Below are positions 36,961 to 50,079 of a DNA stretch of 64,000 bases, in pieces; position 1 is the stretch's first letter, and each line of letters opens with the position of its first letter. Source of the DNA: Isurus oxyrinchus (lineage: Eukaryota). The DNA lies in the NCBI GenBank assembly GCA_026770705.1, contig JANJGN010000242.1, positions 248,001-312,000 on the forward strand. The letters run 5' to 3'. The position numbers were made by a program, and so were the translations under genes. The notes beneath the pieces were generated by a model. That model was not told where the DNA came from. It made no database searches and saw nothing but the letters and a program-made list of their open reading frames with translations.

Positions 36961-38213
36961 ATAGACCCCACCTAAATGTATTGTGCGCTGCGTACTCATC
37001 ATCACCATCATATCTTGTGAATGGCAGGATGCCAACGCATCTCTCCCTAAACGTCCCAATCTCACTCTATCTCCATGTGAAATATATATATTTGCATCTA
37101 TATTTATCTCTGCCCTTTTCACGTCCTAACTGGCCTCATGATTGAACTTTCGACTTGTGCCTCCAGGTGTCAGTTCACCTGTCTCAATCACTGTGTCTAT
37201 CACTGCATCTACCAATTATTCAATATGGTTATCTGTCCCTTCAACTGCAACTTTATCTCTTTCATTATCTATAATCACGGAACACTAGCAATATGGTAAA
37301 TGGACTCTGCAACTCCCCCAAGGCCAATGATCCTTGGAGACATAAGGTTTACAAATGTAGTTTCATAAATAACATGACAAACACGATGGCTAAGTGTAGA
37401 GAACGGTAGCAAACGCAGGAGGCTGATCAAGCCCTTTCATTACAATAATCTCTCCAGATCTCAGCTCTATAAGAGGTTTGGATTCGCTGCATTGGCATCC
37501 CAACCAGGTGCTCGATGCATATTCAGTCGTGTGCTGGCATTTGTATCAAATCTCAGCTGATCAATAACTATTCTCCTTTGAGACAGTTCTTAAAACCTAT
37601 TCCTTCGAGCAAGTTTTTGCTGCTGTGACCTACCATCTCCCTAAGTATTTCGCTTTGTAATTTTCTTTGAAAATGGCCCTGCGAAGGACTGTGGGTTGTA
37701 TAACTCCATTAAAGGACCTATATAAATGCACGTCGTTGTTGCCGTTTTAGATGTGGCTCTTTCAACTTTCAACTTGATGCTCCACAGGAAAATTGATGAA
37801 AATTCAACAGCGAAGGGTGGAGCATCAGAGTAAAAGTAACTTACGGAGGTTTTAAAATAATGCATTCAGGATAAGCGGTAGCTGCAGTGTTATGTAATGT
37901 AGGGCAACGGGGAAAGTTTAGACTGAGGACAAAATGCAGCAGAACCTATCAGCGGGACTCCCAGGAGGCTTTCCAGCCTCATGAGAGCTTCACTGAATGG
38001 ACCATGAATAGAATATAAAAAAACAATTGGGGTGTTTTTTACTGCTGCGTGTGGCTTGCTTTAGAGAGTTATTCGTCACCTCCACGGGCGTTTCACATAA
38101 GGAACCATGACCGATCATCTGGGGTGGGGTCTGAGGGCCGGGGACTTGGAGACAGGGCACGCAGAAACAATCCAATCCCAGGTTAAGGACATGCAATCTG
38201 TGATCACTTCAAA

Positions 38214-38280
38214 ATAGCCAAGTGGTTATGGTACTGGGTTTGTAACCCCAAGATCAAGAGTTCAAATCTCACAATGGCAA
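38214..38280 (+). pseudogene. tRNA-Thr(TGT)-like sequence (pseudo-tRNA or SINE head)
   Basis: A-box TAGCCAAGTGG, anticodon loop TTTGTAA, B-box GAGTTCAAATC; acceptor stem incomplete. Confidence 0.45.
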
Positions 38281-40269
38281 ACTATGAAACAATGTGATTT
38301 CATCTGAAACAGATGGAAATGGGTTTGTACTTGAAAGAGTATCAGGCTTTGTTTTCAAGTTTGTATTTGCAGCTAACGAGCAACAGTTGGACTAATTTGG
38401 GAAGCAGAGAGGTAAGGATGTTTCTGTAATTGGAAATTCCCTACAGCTGCAATGGGGCTGGAATGCTTAGGGAGAGTTAGACCAGTGGAGTGTTTTTATT
38501 CATTCATGGGATGTGGGCTTCGCTGGCTGGGCCAGCATCTATTGCCCATCCCTAATTGCCCTTGAGAAGGTGGTGGTGAGCTGTCGTCTTGAACCACTGC
38601 AGTGTGGATGCAACTCAGGCCCACTTCAAAATCAGCCATTCCGTCTACCTTTCAATATGAGCTGACATCCTTTTTAAATGGAAATAGCAAGATTTGGGAC
38701 ATTGTGCGAAGCAGAGAAGTTGAGTTGAATCCAAAACCCGAAATCCCCTGCAGCCGAGACACACAACTAAAACGGAAGTGATGGGGCTCTGCAGAGGGGA
38801 GAGAGTGTAAGTGCAATCTGACCCTTTCACACAGGTACTTTCCATTAGGTATGTTAGGAGGGAAAATTGAATTGGCTGGAGTTGGCACGAATTATGGAAG
38901 AATGTTTAATCTCTCGTCCAAGCAGGCAGAACCACCAGTGTTCTTAGAGCGTGAGCAGTGAATGCGGCCAAGATGATGGGTTCTATCTTGAGTGAGGATA
39001 TAACCTCTTAATTCAGAGTGGAGAATTCGCTTCATTGAAGTAAGACAATCTGACATTAAATTAGTGATGAACTGGAGGCAAAAATGTTGGAAAAAAGGAC
39101 GCTGGATCTTAGAGTTCAGAGCAGGATTGAATATGAAACAAACTATTTTCTAATCCTTCACCAGATTATGAGATCTAGAACTGGAGCGAGGGGCACATTG
39201 TTTCAAAACAAGCAGCCTCCTGTTCAAGAGAGAGATGAGGAGATGGTCGTTCGCCTGTGAAATTCTCTTTCTCAGAAAACGGTGGTGTCTGGGTCATTGA
39301 CTTTATTCAAGGCTAAATTGGATATTTGTTTTGAGAGGCAAATATAGTTTCCAGAAAGGAATGTTGACTTGAGACCATAACGAGATCTGCCATGATTTTA
39401 TCGAAAGATGGACCAGAATCCTAGTGCCGAAATGCCTATTTCTGCTCGTAAGTCCTCTATTCCTCTGTTCCCATGAGGGATGTGCAACAAGGTTCCATCT
39501 AGACAGAAACGGTGCATTCAACCTTGAATGGTTGGAGGCTTCAGAACGAAATAACAACTGCAATGGTTCCTCCAGTCTGGAGTCATGTTAGGAGAGGTAC
39601 TATGGGTGTTTACCAAATACGGACTAGAGTGTTTAATTAATAAAGTTACTTATTATCAGAAGGCAGGATAGGAGGAGACCAAGGAAGAGTTCTGTCCTCA
39701 AGGAAATGTGGTACAATTTCGAATGGTATGTTTCCTCACCTGTGTTTGTAATTATTTCCTTGACAATCGGTATACAAAGTTCAGCATTTGAGTAAATAAA
39801 TGAATAATTTATTACACAAACCAGTGGCGCCTTCCTTTTTTAAAAAAATAGCCGGCACAATTACATGTAGAAAAAGAGAGCTGGAGTGTTAGGCAAATTT
39901 CCCGCTCGGCTTTCCCTTCTTAGTCCTGCATCAGTCTAAAACAGGGGTCTAATCAATAGCTAGAAAGATAGAGACATAATGGAGCTGAGATAGATTTTGC
40001 TGCATAAGGGAACAGACATATCATGCGACACGAGAGGGAGAGAGTGATTTATTTTGGAGATGGCAAATTATAGAGGTAAGAAAAACCTCAGCAGTGAATG
40101 AATTACTTTAAATTTGGATGAATGCGTTGCCATGGTCGTTCAATGGTTGTTTGCATTTCATGTTGACAATTTGGAAAATGTTGAATGTCGAGCTGAGGAT
40201 ATGGAAATCTCAGTGTGTACTGACATCCGATCCATTAGGTAGATTCTTGTTAGGCAATGGAATCAAAGG

Positions 40270-40700
40270 TTATCAGGGGTAGATGCCCATGTTTGACCAA
40301 ATGTAATCAGACTTCGTGTGGCCGGAGTCAATGTTGAGGGCTCCCAGAGTAACTCCCTTCCGATTGTACACCCCACGGTGCCGCCACCTCTGCAGGATCT
40401 GTCCCTGCTGGTGGGGCAGGACATGCCCAGGGATGGTGATGGTGGTGCCTGGGGCACTATCGGTCATGTATGATTCTCTGAAGATGACAATTTCAGGTTG
40501 TTGCTTGACAAGTCTGTGAGACAGCTCTCCCAATTTTAGCACAAACCCTCCAGATGTCAGTAAGAAGGATTTTGCAGCGTCGACAGGGTTGAATTTGCTT
40601 TTGTTGTTTCCGGTGCCTAGGTTGATGCAGGGTTGCTCGTCTGGTTTCACTTCTTATATTCTTTCTAGCGGCTTGATTCAACTGAGTGACTTGCTAGGCC
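40270..40700 (-). mobile_element. LINE endonuclease-region fragment (related copy about 51400-51690, + strand)
   Basis: KLGELSHRLVKQQPEIVIFRESYM..IPGHVL. Confidence 0.65.
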
Positions 40701-41789
40701 ATTACAGCGTCAGCAACATTGTTTCGAGCCCCAGTGTGCAGAGCATTACTCTGGGTCGCTGTATTACTAGCCCAGTGGCAATAACGCTACGCCACCTTCT
40801 CCGCTCCTTCACACTCACACACACCCAACCCCCACCCCCCCCCCCCCCCCCCCCCCCCCCCACCGCCACTCCTCCCCCTCCTCCAACTCCCGCCTTCTTT
40901 AAGGGACTGAGAGCAAGCAGTCAGTGTGCAGATATAACCCAGAGAGAGGGGCTTAGGGGCACCATGCAATGTTTAGATATTTTGCTGACTCAAAGCGCAA
41001 AGGGTCATACCAGTCAGTGGACATTTATCTTCCTGTGAGAGAAAAACTTAAGCAATGTCAGTCAGCGTGCAGATACCTCCCCAGAGGAGGCAGACTCAGA
41101 AGAATAGATTAGTGCACAGATATTTCATTGAGATGGAGGCATGGAAAGATACAAATCAGTGTGCTAATATCCTTCTGAGCTGAGGGACTGGAAGACATGA
41201 GCCAGCGTGCAGATATTTCCATGAGCGGTTGGGAGTCGGAGTCATTAATCAGTTTTCATCTAGATAAAAGGTAAAGGCTAGGCAATCTCAGAAAGCATTC
41301 AAATATCTTACCGAGGGAAAGAGATTGAGGGTCATTGTGGTACAGGCAGTTTGAAAATATCTCGCTCGAACAGAGAGGTGGGGAAATAACTGTCCATGCA
41401 CAGGGAGAGTCATTAGATTAACCAATCAGCGGACAGGCATTTTCTGAGGGAGAGTAAGAAACATTAGTTAGTGTCTAGATAGCTCGCTTTCCAGCATATA
41501 GGATGACATTATTTTGAGTACTTCAATAACATTATTCCCATCTGTCAATTTACAGGATTCTGACTCCCGCATGCAGTCACCACAGGGATCTCTCATATCA
41601 GTTGGTATCCATAGTTTTCTGAGAAGTACATTAGCCAGACTGTATTAATGAAATAGCATTGATGTTATGGAGATAAAAGTGGGAACTTAACAGTCAATAA
41701 TCTGACCGCATAGTCTCAACTGCTATTGTACGATATACCTTCATTATTTTCTCCACTGCTCTCCATTTTCTACATTACATCAAATTGAT

Positions 41790-42771
41790 AAAGTTGTGAG
41801 CTGGAACATAACAGTCCTCACACCTTGGCCTGAGATTAACCCATCCAATCAGAGTGAAAATAAAAGTCTTGTGCCCTCAACTAACAGCACATTCCATGCT
41901 TTGGATTAGGTTAAAACGACCGCCTTCCTCTGTCTCTTTAGCTTATTATTTGTTTCGGGTATTAATGGGAACGCAATTGCATGGTGGCATATCATTAGAT
42001 TAAAGAAACTCTCGTCAGCATCTGAAGTGCTTGTGCTGGACTTAACCATCACCAACTTGTTGGTTATTGTTGCGTCCACACTTGATATTATTGCTATTAC
42101 CCTAGATGATATTGCAATGCAGTTATATAATAATTTTATCCTTCTCTTGTATACAGTCAACTTTTATGCCAATGCACCTTTCTTGGCCTGCATTGTTGTT
42201 GACCAATACATAGCTGTTGCATACCCCACCAGGTCTCTGGCTTGGAGAAAGCATCGATACTATGTTGTACTGTCTATTGAAACTTGGCTGGAAGTCTTAG
42301 CTCTGAGTTTGATTATTCTTTTCAGAATGATAAGAATATTATATAACAGAGTTTCATGCAAGGAAATGTCCACGGTGTGGAGGCCACGGGAAATCTCCAT
42401 GCTGATTTCTGAAATTATGTTGTTCGCCATTCCAGCCCTGATTCTGTTCATCTTCTATGTGCTAACATCACAGAAACTAACAAGAGTGGGAACTGGGAAG
42501 CAACCCATGGACTTAATGAAAAAAAAAATTGAAGATAGATGCTGGAATGTTGGCTCTTCTCCTTTTCTGCTGTGCCCGTTATCACGTCCCTGAACTATAC
42601 TATGGGGCTCAGGATCTGCTAGATCCATCATATCCAGTCACAGTGTTTTACCGGTGCAAATTTCCATTTTACGTGTGGGTTGTCACTTCCTTCTCTGCCT
42701 TTCTAAATCCCATGCTGGACATTTTCAGGTCCCAGAACTTTAACTGGAGATCGTGCTGTTGTATTGCATAA
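41790..42771 (+). pseudogene. Class A GPCR pseudogene, paralogue of 50080-51072
   Basis: GNAIAWWHI, CIVVDQYIAVAYP, FLNPMLDIFRSQNFNW; ATG lost, in-frame TAG at 41907-41909, frameshift about 42520-42550. Confidence 0.88.
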
Positions 42772-44544
42772 TGCTTTGGAAACACACCCCCAGTGCACCC
42801 CCATATTGATCGGCTTTCGGCTTTAGTTTAAAGTCACTCTTTGTACCTTTCCACAGTAATGTTTGAACAGAATGCATGGGATACGTTGAGACCTTAAGTA
42901 ACCTTAGTTAGGCCAAAAGTTTTAACCAAAGAAACACCGTACAACAAAAACAGTTCCATCTTGTGTGCAGCTCATTCATCCAGAACCCATTTCGTAACCC
43001 GTATCTGCTATGTTCATGCACGTGTTATCTTTCTATTTATCGACAGACAGGTCTATTTTTCTGCCTGCCCGATGCAAGGGTGATAACAGCTTTGGTATAT
43101 TATCAAGGACTTCAGTTGCTGGGAGAAGGGTGGCTCGGGAAAATGTATTAGGTTTTCCTTACAATTTTAACACTTTGCTCTGATATTTTACATTGATAGG
43201 TCTTTATCAGGATTTTGCTAATTAGGGGTTGGGATTGTTGGATCCAGAAATCATCCTCTGGCTGCCCGGCCACGTCTCGATTCAATCAGGATTGAACGGA
43301 CAATTGCAACGCCCCCTACTGTCTGGTAACATGTTAGCAAAGGGCACGGACATTCCAACGAATCGGCTGGGTTCTTGAGCGTTTGAAGAACTGAGTAAGA
43401 GAGAGAGAGAGAGAGAGAACGACGAGAGAGTAAAGGTTTCAAGATTCAAGGAACTACTGTAGCTTCAAATGGACGTCCTGTCACCATATCTCAATGTAGA
43501 ATTGTGTCCATGACTATCTGTCGGTAAGAAAGACAACGATTAGCATTTTGCCTGAATAAAGGTCGGGTCATTACTCCAACGCAATGGCGTTTCTTTTTTA
43601 AATCAAGCCTTGCTGTTGATTAAAAAATAAACTACAGACGTAGGTAATAAGGTGGCTTAACACATTTACACGAAAAAGGAGGTACAGTGAAGTGTCTATA
43701 TATAAACTAATAATGCCTGCATTTACCACTTGCCATCAGGTGTAAGGAAGGATTTACACGGTGATAATCCACCTGTTTTGACACATCACAAATACATCTT
43801 CCGTGGCCAACATGTCCTGGAGTGGAACTCGAAGCTTATTGGACGCTACCTAATGCACCATCAAACCTGATGATCCGTACACAAATATATAGAGCAACCA
43901 GCAGATCGATAGTTACCCAGACTGATGGATAGTCCAAGGTTAAAGAGACAGATTGACGGAAGTGTAAGTAAATATGAAATAAGCATAACAGGAGTAACTT
44001 TGAATAGACATCCATCTCTATTTGCAGTCCGTGTTGACAACGTAGAAACTGCTCAGTGTCACCTTTAAGTATGGAAATCTCAGTTCTGTGCTGACGGATG
44101 ACCCGCTGCATTCTCAATATGGGCAGCAGGTTTATGTCGGGAAGTCAGGAGATGGTAATCAAAGTGAGTACTGCCGTCTGATCTTGTAAACTAGACCCTC
44201 TGTGATTACAAGGTGTGAACTTCCCCCATCAGAAAGAAGAGAATTAGTGCTTTTTGTCTGGGGCTGGGCATGATAAACAGATCCAAATCTATTCCAAACT
44301 TATTTATACCTATATCCTGTCAGCCGACTTAATCTAATTTAGTGTGTCACCCCTTAACATCAAAGGCTTCAATAGAAATCTCTTGTGTGGTATTTCATCA
44401 GGTGTTCTTTGCAAGTCTGAGCACATACTGTCTACGACTCATTCCTTACACGGTATCTTTGGACCTGTTTCCAAAAACGTGGGGACTATATATCGATGCC
44501 TCAGACATAATCGTTATTATAAAGCCATGCTGCTGTCCCTAATA

Positions 44545-45560
44545 TACGAACATACAAACGAACATGCAAATTAGGAGCAGAAGTAGGCCCATCGGCCCGT
44601 CGAGCCTGCTCCATCGTTCAATAAGACCATTGCTGATCGGTTTGAGTTTTGAATTCCACATTCCCATTTACCTCCGATAACCTTTGATTCCCTTGCCTAA
44701 CAAGAATCTAACTACACCTACTGTTAAAAAAAATGAATAACTCCACGTCCACCACCTTTGGAGGCAGAGAATTCCCAAGTCACATAAGTCTCTGAGAGAA
44801 AAAAAATCTCCTCATCTCTACCCTAAAAGGGCAACCCCTAATTTTAAATCAGTGCCCCCTAGTTCTGGACTGACCCCCCAGAGGGAACAAACTTCCCACA
44901 TCCAACTCGTCAATACCATGCAGAATCTTATATCCTTCAACAAATTTAGTCATGGTCTCTCCCCTCCATCTCCAGATCATTTTCAATCCCCCTTTTTTCA
45001 ATAATTTATATATATTTTTCTTTTCCCACCTATTTCCATTATGTTTAAATGTATTTCCATCCATTGTTTTATCTCTACCTTTTAGCCCATTTCGATCCCT
45101 TCCCCCCACTCCACCCCCACTAGGGCTATTTGTACTTTGCTCGTCCTGCTTTCTACCCATAATGTCACCATTAGCACATTCCTTAGATAATATCACCAAC
45201 ATCAACACCTCTTTGTCCTTTTGTCTATGACATCTTTTGACAACCTCCGCCTATCACGGGCCCTCAATCCAGCTGTACCTATCCCCCTCCCCCCATTAAA
45301 TCAGCTTATATTTCACCTCGTTTCTATTATTCCTTTGTTCTGATGAAGAGTGTTTTGGATTCGAAACGTTAACTGTGTTCCTCTCCGCAGATGCTGTCAG
45401 ACCTGCTGAGTTTTTCCAGGTATTTTTGTTTTGCTTTTGGATTGCCAGCATTCGCAGATTTTTGCTTTTATACTTCATAATTATATAGAATCAAATCATC
45501 CCTCACTATTCTAAACTCCAAAGAAACTCAGTCTGTCTAACATTTCCAAATTAGACAACC
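44545..45560. mobile_element. CR1 3' fragment (minus strand) interrupted by a Penelope-like tail (about 44950-45475, +)
   Basis: LFPLGGQSRTRGH; insert ends in CTGATGA..CGAAACGTT..GACCTGCTGAGTTTTTCCAG. Confidence 0.75.
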
Positions 45561-46084
45561 CGCTCACTAATATGGAGAGGGGAGGCAAGGGTGTAGCGGT
45601 ACTATCGCTGAGCTAGCATCCTAGGGACAGCTGTTGGAATCCAGTGGCGGAGTTTGAGCTCCGATTAAACATCTAATGTCCATTATTAAATCTTTAGAGT
45701 AAGAAATTTGGACTACTTGAACCTCTAGTCTCATAGCATATGGCTGAGGCTGACAAAGGCAATTAGGGATGGGTAATAATAGATGCCCACATCCAGTAAA
45801 AAAAAAACGCTTTATAAGCAATCCCAAGTCGAATCCGTAATAATTCTACTAAGCAGCTTTCCTAATACTGCGTTAAAACAGATAATGAGCGTAGAGCTCC
45901 ACCAGTTAACACCGCAAGTGCACTGAGCTATAGATATGGAGGGCTTTCGGGTAGCTATACGCTCTGTCTATTTTGAAGTTCGTAATTCTATCTAAAACAA
46001 TTTGTTTAAAAAGCAGGAGGAAGAGATAAACAAATGAAGGACAAATTTTTCAGGAGCTGGAGTGCACCAGTCTCATAAATACTG

Positions 46085-46655
46085 TAGCTACAAGAGTAGG
46101 TAAGAGGCTGGGATTTCAGCAGTGAGTAACTCACCTCCTGACTCCACAAGGCCTGTCGACCATCTACAAAGCACAAGTCTGGAGTCTGACGGAATACTCC
46201 CCACTTGCCTGGATGAATGCTGCTCCAACAACACTCAAGAATTTCAACACCACCCTTGACAAGGCAGTCTGCTTGATTGGCACCTCATCTATCACATTCT
46301 TAAAAATTCACATTCTCCACCATAAAGCAGAGTGGCAACTGTGTGTACCATCTATAAGATGAATTGCAACAGATCACAATACTCTGGCTACAGCACCTTC
46401 CAAACCTGCCACTCAGGAGGACAATGGAAGCACGTACAAGTTTCACTTCAAGCTGTACACCGTCCTCACTTGAAGGTGTATCTCCGTTCCTTCACTGTCA
46501 CTGGATCAAAATCCCATTCTTAACAGCTGTATGCGAGTGTCTATATCACCGGGAGTGTAGCGGTTAAAGAAGGCAGCTCACCACCACCTTCTCAAGGGTA
46601 GTTTGGGATGGGCAATGAATGCTGGCCTAGTTAGTGTCATCCAGATCCAGTGAAC
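46085..46655 (+). mobile_element. CR1/L2-superfamily LINE 3' fragment
   Basis: ATVCTIYKM..LQHLPN plus the shared tail. Confidence 0.7.
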
Positions 46656-48439
46656 ATTTTTTTTTAAAATGTATGCTAATTAGAAAAGTAATCAAGGGCG
46701 CCCAGTCACTTTGAGATTTTTTTACTCATGGGATGCAAGAATCACTATTTATTAGCCATCACAAATTGCCCAGGGGGCATTTAAGAGTCAACGACGTTGC
46801 CATGAATTTGAAATCATATGTAAGCTAGCCCTCGTAAGTGCAGCAGACTTTCCTGTGGAGAGGACATTAATGAACCAGGCATAGCACATGGTCATTATCA
46901 GACTTTTCATTCTATTATCAGTTGTGGTGGGATACGAACCTGAGCCCCAGCGCACCATTCTGCGTTTACTGGAATAATAGCCAAGTCATATTTCAACTGT
47001 GCCACCATCTCCCCTCAATGGTCAAACAGTTCTGTTTGCAGTTCTTGTGGAGAACATACAAAAGTCTGAGTGTCACCAGAAGGGTTTAGAAATCCCAGTG
47101 TGGAGTAACACCTGATATAATGAACGGTGAGACAGGACATCAGAGTCTTGAACAATGTAATAGTATTAGGTGGCCCGCCATTCTTGGGATTTCTATTGCA
47201 TAATGACAGCTTATGTGCTACAGGGCCTGCAATAGAGCAAACGGCAGGAGGCTAGGTGACGGGAATCTCAGCTGACCCCAGGCGAAGAGGGTGTAAAGTT
47301 GTTGCCTGTCTCTCTAACCAAAGCAGTCAAGCAGGAGAGAGAGGAGAACTCCATCCCCTCTGTCTACAGCCGGGTTAAAACTCTAGTCTCAGGGGTGAGT
47401 TGACAATATGCCACCAGCTCCACAATAATAGATTTACATTGAGGTGGAGATAAGCAATCCTTTCCAATTGAGAGCGGGGAGGAGCCTGATACTCTCATGT
47501 CATAGACGAGAAGAGTGATTGCACCAACTTCAGATCAGGAGCTGTAAAAGACAGCGAATCCCAACAGCTGCTGGCACCTTTTACAAGTTGTCTGAAGGAT
47601 TGCTTGAAGCCTCTCACTTCCCGCTTGCACTCAAACTGATTGGCTACACCAGTAACAGGTTAATCTGGAAGTCCACTTGGACATTCCCCGGCTCCAGCAC
47701 AGTCGATGTGCAAGGGAGGAGAAACGTGTCTTTTCAGCACTCAGCGATTAAGAAGAAGCGGAAGGTGAGTGCCGCTTTCAGCAGGTTAAAAGGCAGGGTC
47801 CGTGCTGGCGCGGTCAAATGTCCCTGCCAATGGTAGAGAAAGGGGATGAGTGGTTCAAGAGCAGGGTGAGTGAGGGATTCCTGAGCAGAGCGGTTGTGTG
47901 GGCAAACGGAAAGCGGAGATGAATGAGCCGAAGTGGATAAGCAGAATGCAGACCTGTGAACTAAAGCGGAGATGGTTGCGAGGAATGCAGACATGGGCGA
48001 GCGGAGAGCGGACATTGGTAAGCAGGGAGCATGGCTTGGCTAAAATGGCTGAGAGTCCAGAATGCATGGAGCAGGGAACGGAAATGTGTGATTAGAGAGG
48101 ACCGATGAGTGGATAGATTGTGGGAAAGGAAGCTGAAAGTGCACGGGATTGTTGATGTCATCAGTTGTGTCTTGGTGAGTTCTGGTCTCTCGGTTAATAT
48201 TTAGCAAAATTGAAGGATTTGACATCATGTCGGGCAAAATGGTTAATGGTGTAAAAGGGAAACCCCTGTTGACAGAGCAAGGTATACAGACTAAAAATTA
48301 AAATTCACCACTTGGCCATTAATCAGTGGAAGGTGAAAAAATCACACACAGATAGTGAGCGGGAAATAAGTTCATGACAAAAAGCGTGTCTGAAAAAAGT
48401 GAACAGAGTGTAGTCAGAAAAAAACAAATATGCATATTT

Positions 48440-48445
48440 TTATAT

Positions 48446-48492
<47 letters not shown>

Positions 48493-48580
48493 GCAGACAG
48501 AGAGAGAGACAGAGGGAGAGAGACTGAAAGACTGTGAGAGACAGGGAGAAGGAGAGAGGGACAGAGACAGCCAGAAAGAG
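48440..48580. repeat. (TA)n(GA)n microsatellite
   Basis: Direct reading. Confidence 0.9.
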
Positions 48581-49249
48581 ACAGAAAGTTATAGAGTAGG
48601 GAGGGATAACAAGAGATAAATTAACAAACCATTTTTAGTGAGCAAAACACAGAGAATGAAGTGCAGAGAGGGGACAAGAGAGGCACACGCAAAGCCCAAG
48701 AAATAGATGAAGTAAAAAATTGAATGAACAAGAAGATAGAATAGAATTAAGGCGAGGAGAGAAATTTTAGAGACAGGGAAGTGGAGAAAGTGAGATAGAG
48801 AGCTCAACACACGGCGAGCGAGGGAAGAAAGATAGGGAAACAAAGAGAAAGATGGAGCAAGGAAAATACATGTTATATATAGACATACACATGACAGTGA
48901 CAGATTCTACACTAGATTGAGCTTTTGGATTAAATGTCTGATTTTTCCACAGCGATGCCCATCTCCATGAGCAGTTGTTAAACATTTAGATTCGCAGCTA
49001 CTCTGATTCTGAGGAGACAAGAAGAGTGACAGTAAAGTGGTGAGTGTGAAGAAAAGAAGGAATACCAAGGGAATAAAAAGGCAGATAATTCATAGGAAAT
49101 GTGCATATATATATATATATATTTATGTAAAGGTCAGTGTTGCAGCAACGAAAGACCCGTTTCAACGCACAGATATCTCTCTGCGATGCAGCTTTCACTA
49201 CACAACATGTGTCTGAGGGTGTGGCCATCGATAGTGCAGTTAGTGGGAA

Positions 49250-49690
49250 CATAGGAACATATGACTTAGGAGCAGGAGCTGGAGATTTGGCCCTTTGAGC
49301 TTGCTCCGCCAGTCAATATGATCCTGGCAGATCTGGTTGTGCTGTCAGCTCCATCTTCCTGTCTGCTCCACCTTCCTGTTTTCCACCCATAACTCTTGAC
49401 TGTCTTGTGGATCAAAAATATATCTAACTCAGCCTGGAATAAATTTAAAGACGCAGCGTCTACTGCTTTCTCAAGAAGAGAATTCCACAAACTAACGAAC
49501 CTCAGGGAGAAAAGTAATGTCTTCATCTCTGTCTTAAAAGGTACATCTCTTAGTTTTTTAAACTATTTCCCCTCGTTTTAGTCTCTCCCACAAGAGGAAA
49601 CACCCTCCAGGCATCAACCCTGTCAAGTGCCCTTAATATGTTATATATTTCAAAGAGTTCACCACTCATTCTTCTAAACCCCAATGGATA
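49250..49690 (-). mobile_element. CR1 LINE 3' end
   Basis: LDRVDAWRVFPLVGETKTRG; LWNSLLEKAVDA. Confidence 0.8.
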
Positions 49691-50079
49691 GATAATAGGC
49701 AGATATATCCCTGAAGGAGGTTCACTGAAAGACATTGATGGATTTATCCAACGTTCTCATTTTCGCAATACAGAAAATTTCACAATTCAACAACTTTCTG
49801 CATATCTGTCCATTTTCAGGCTTCTGAGTCCTTCACCATCTTTGGAATCCTGCATCCAGTTGCCACAGGAATCGCTTGGCACTATTGGTTTCCACTGTTT
49901 TCAGATGGGATCTTCACGCGAACTGAACCACTGAGAGAGAATTAATGATATTGAGATCCAGTTTATTCCTTCAAAACCCAATAAGCCGAGACTGCAATCT
50001 CAATCTTGATTGGGCAATATCTGCTGGAATTTACTCCACGTTTTTTGATTGGCTGTTCTGCGTTTTTGTCAAAACGCCA

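Noticed and set aside
40589-41038. Polyproline ORF
   Set aside because: Translation of a poly-C tract next to a LINE fragment
49945-50079. Upstream ATG giving a 375-aa GPCR
   Set aside because: Weaker start context, and paralogue protein similarity begins near the second Met; not excluded, but 50080 is preferred
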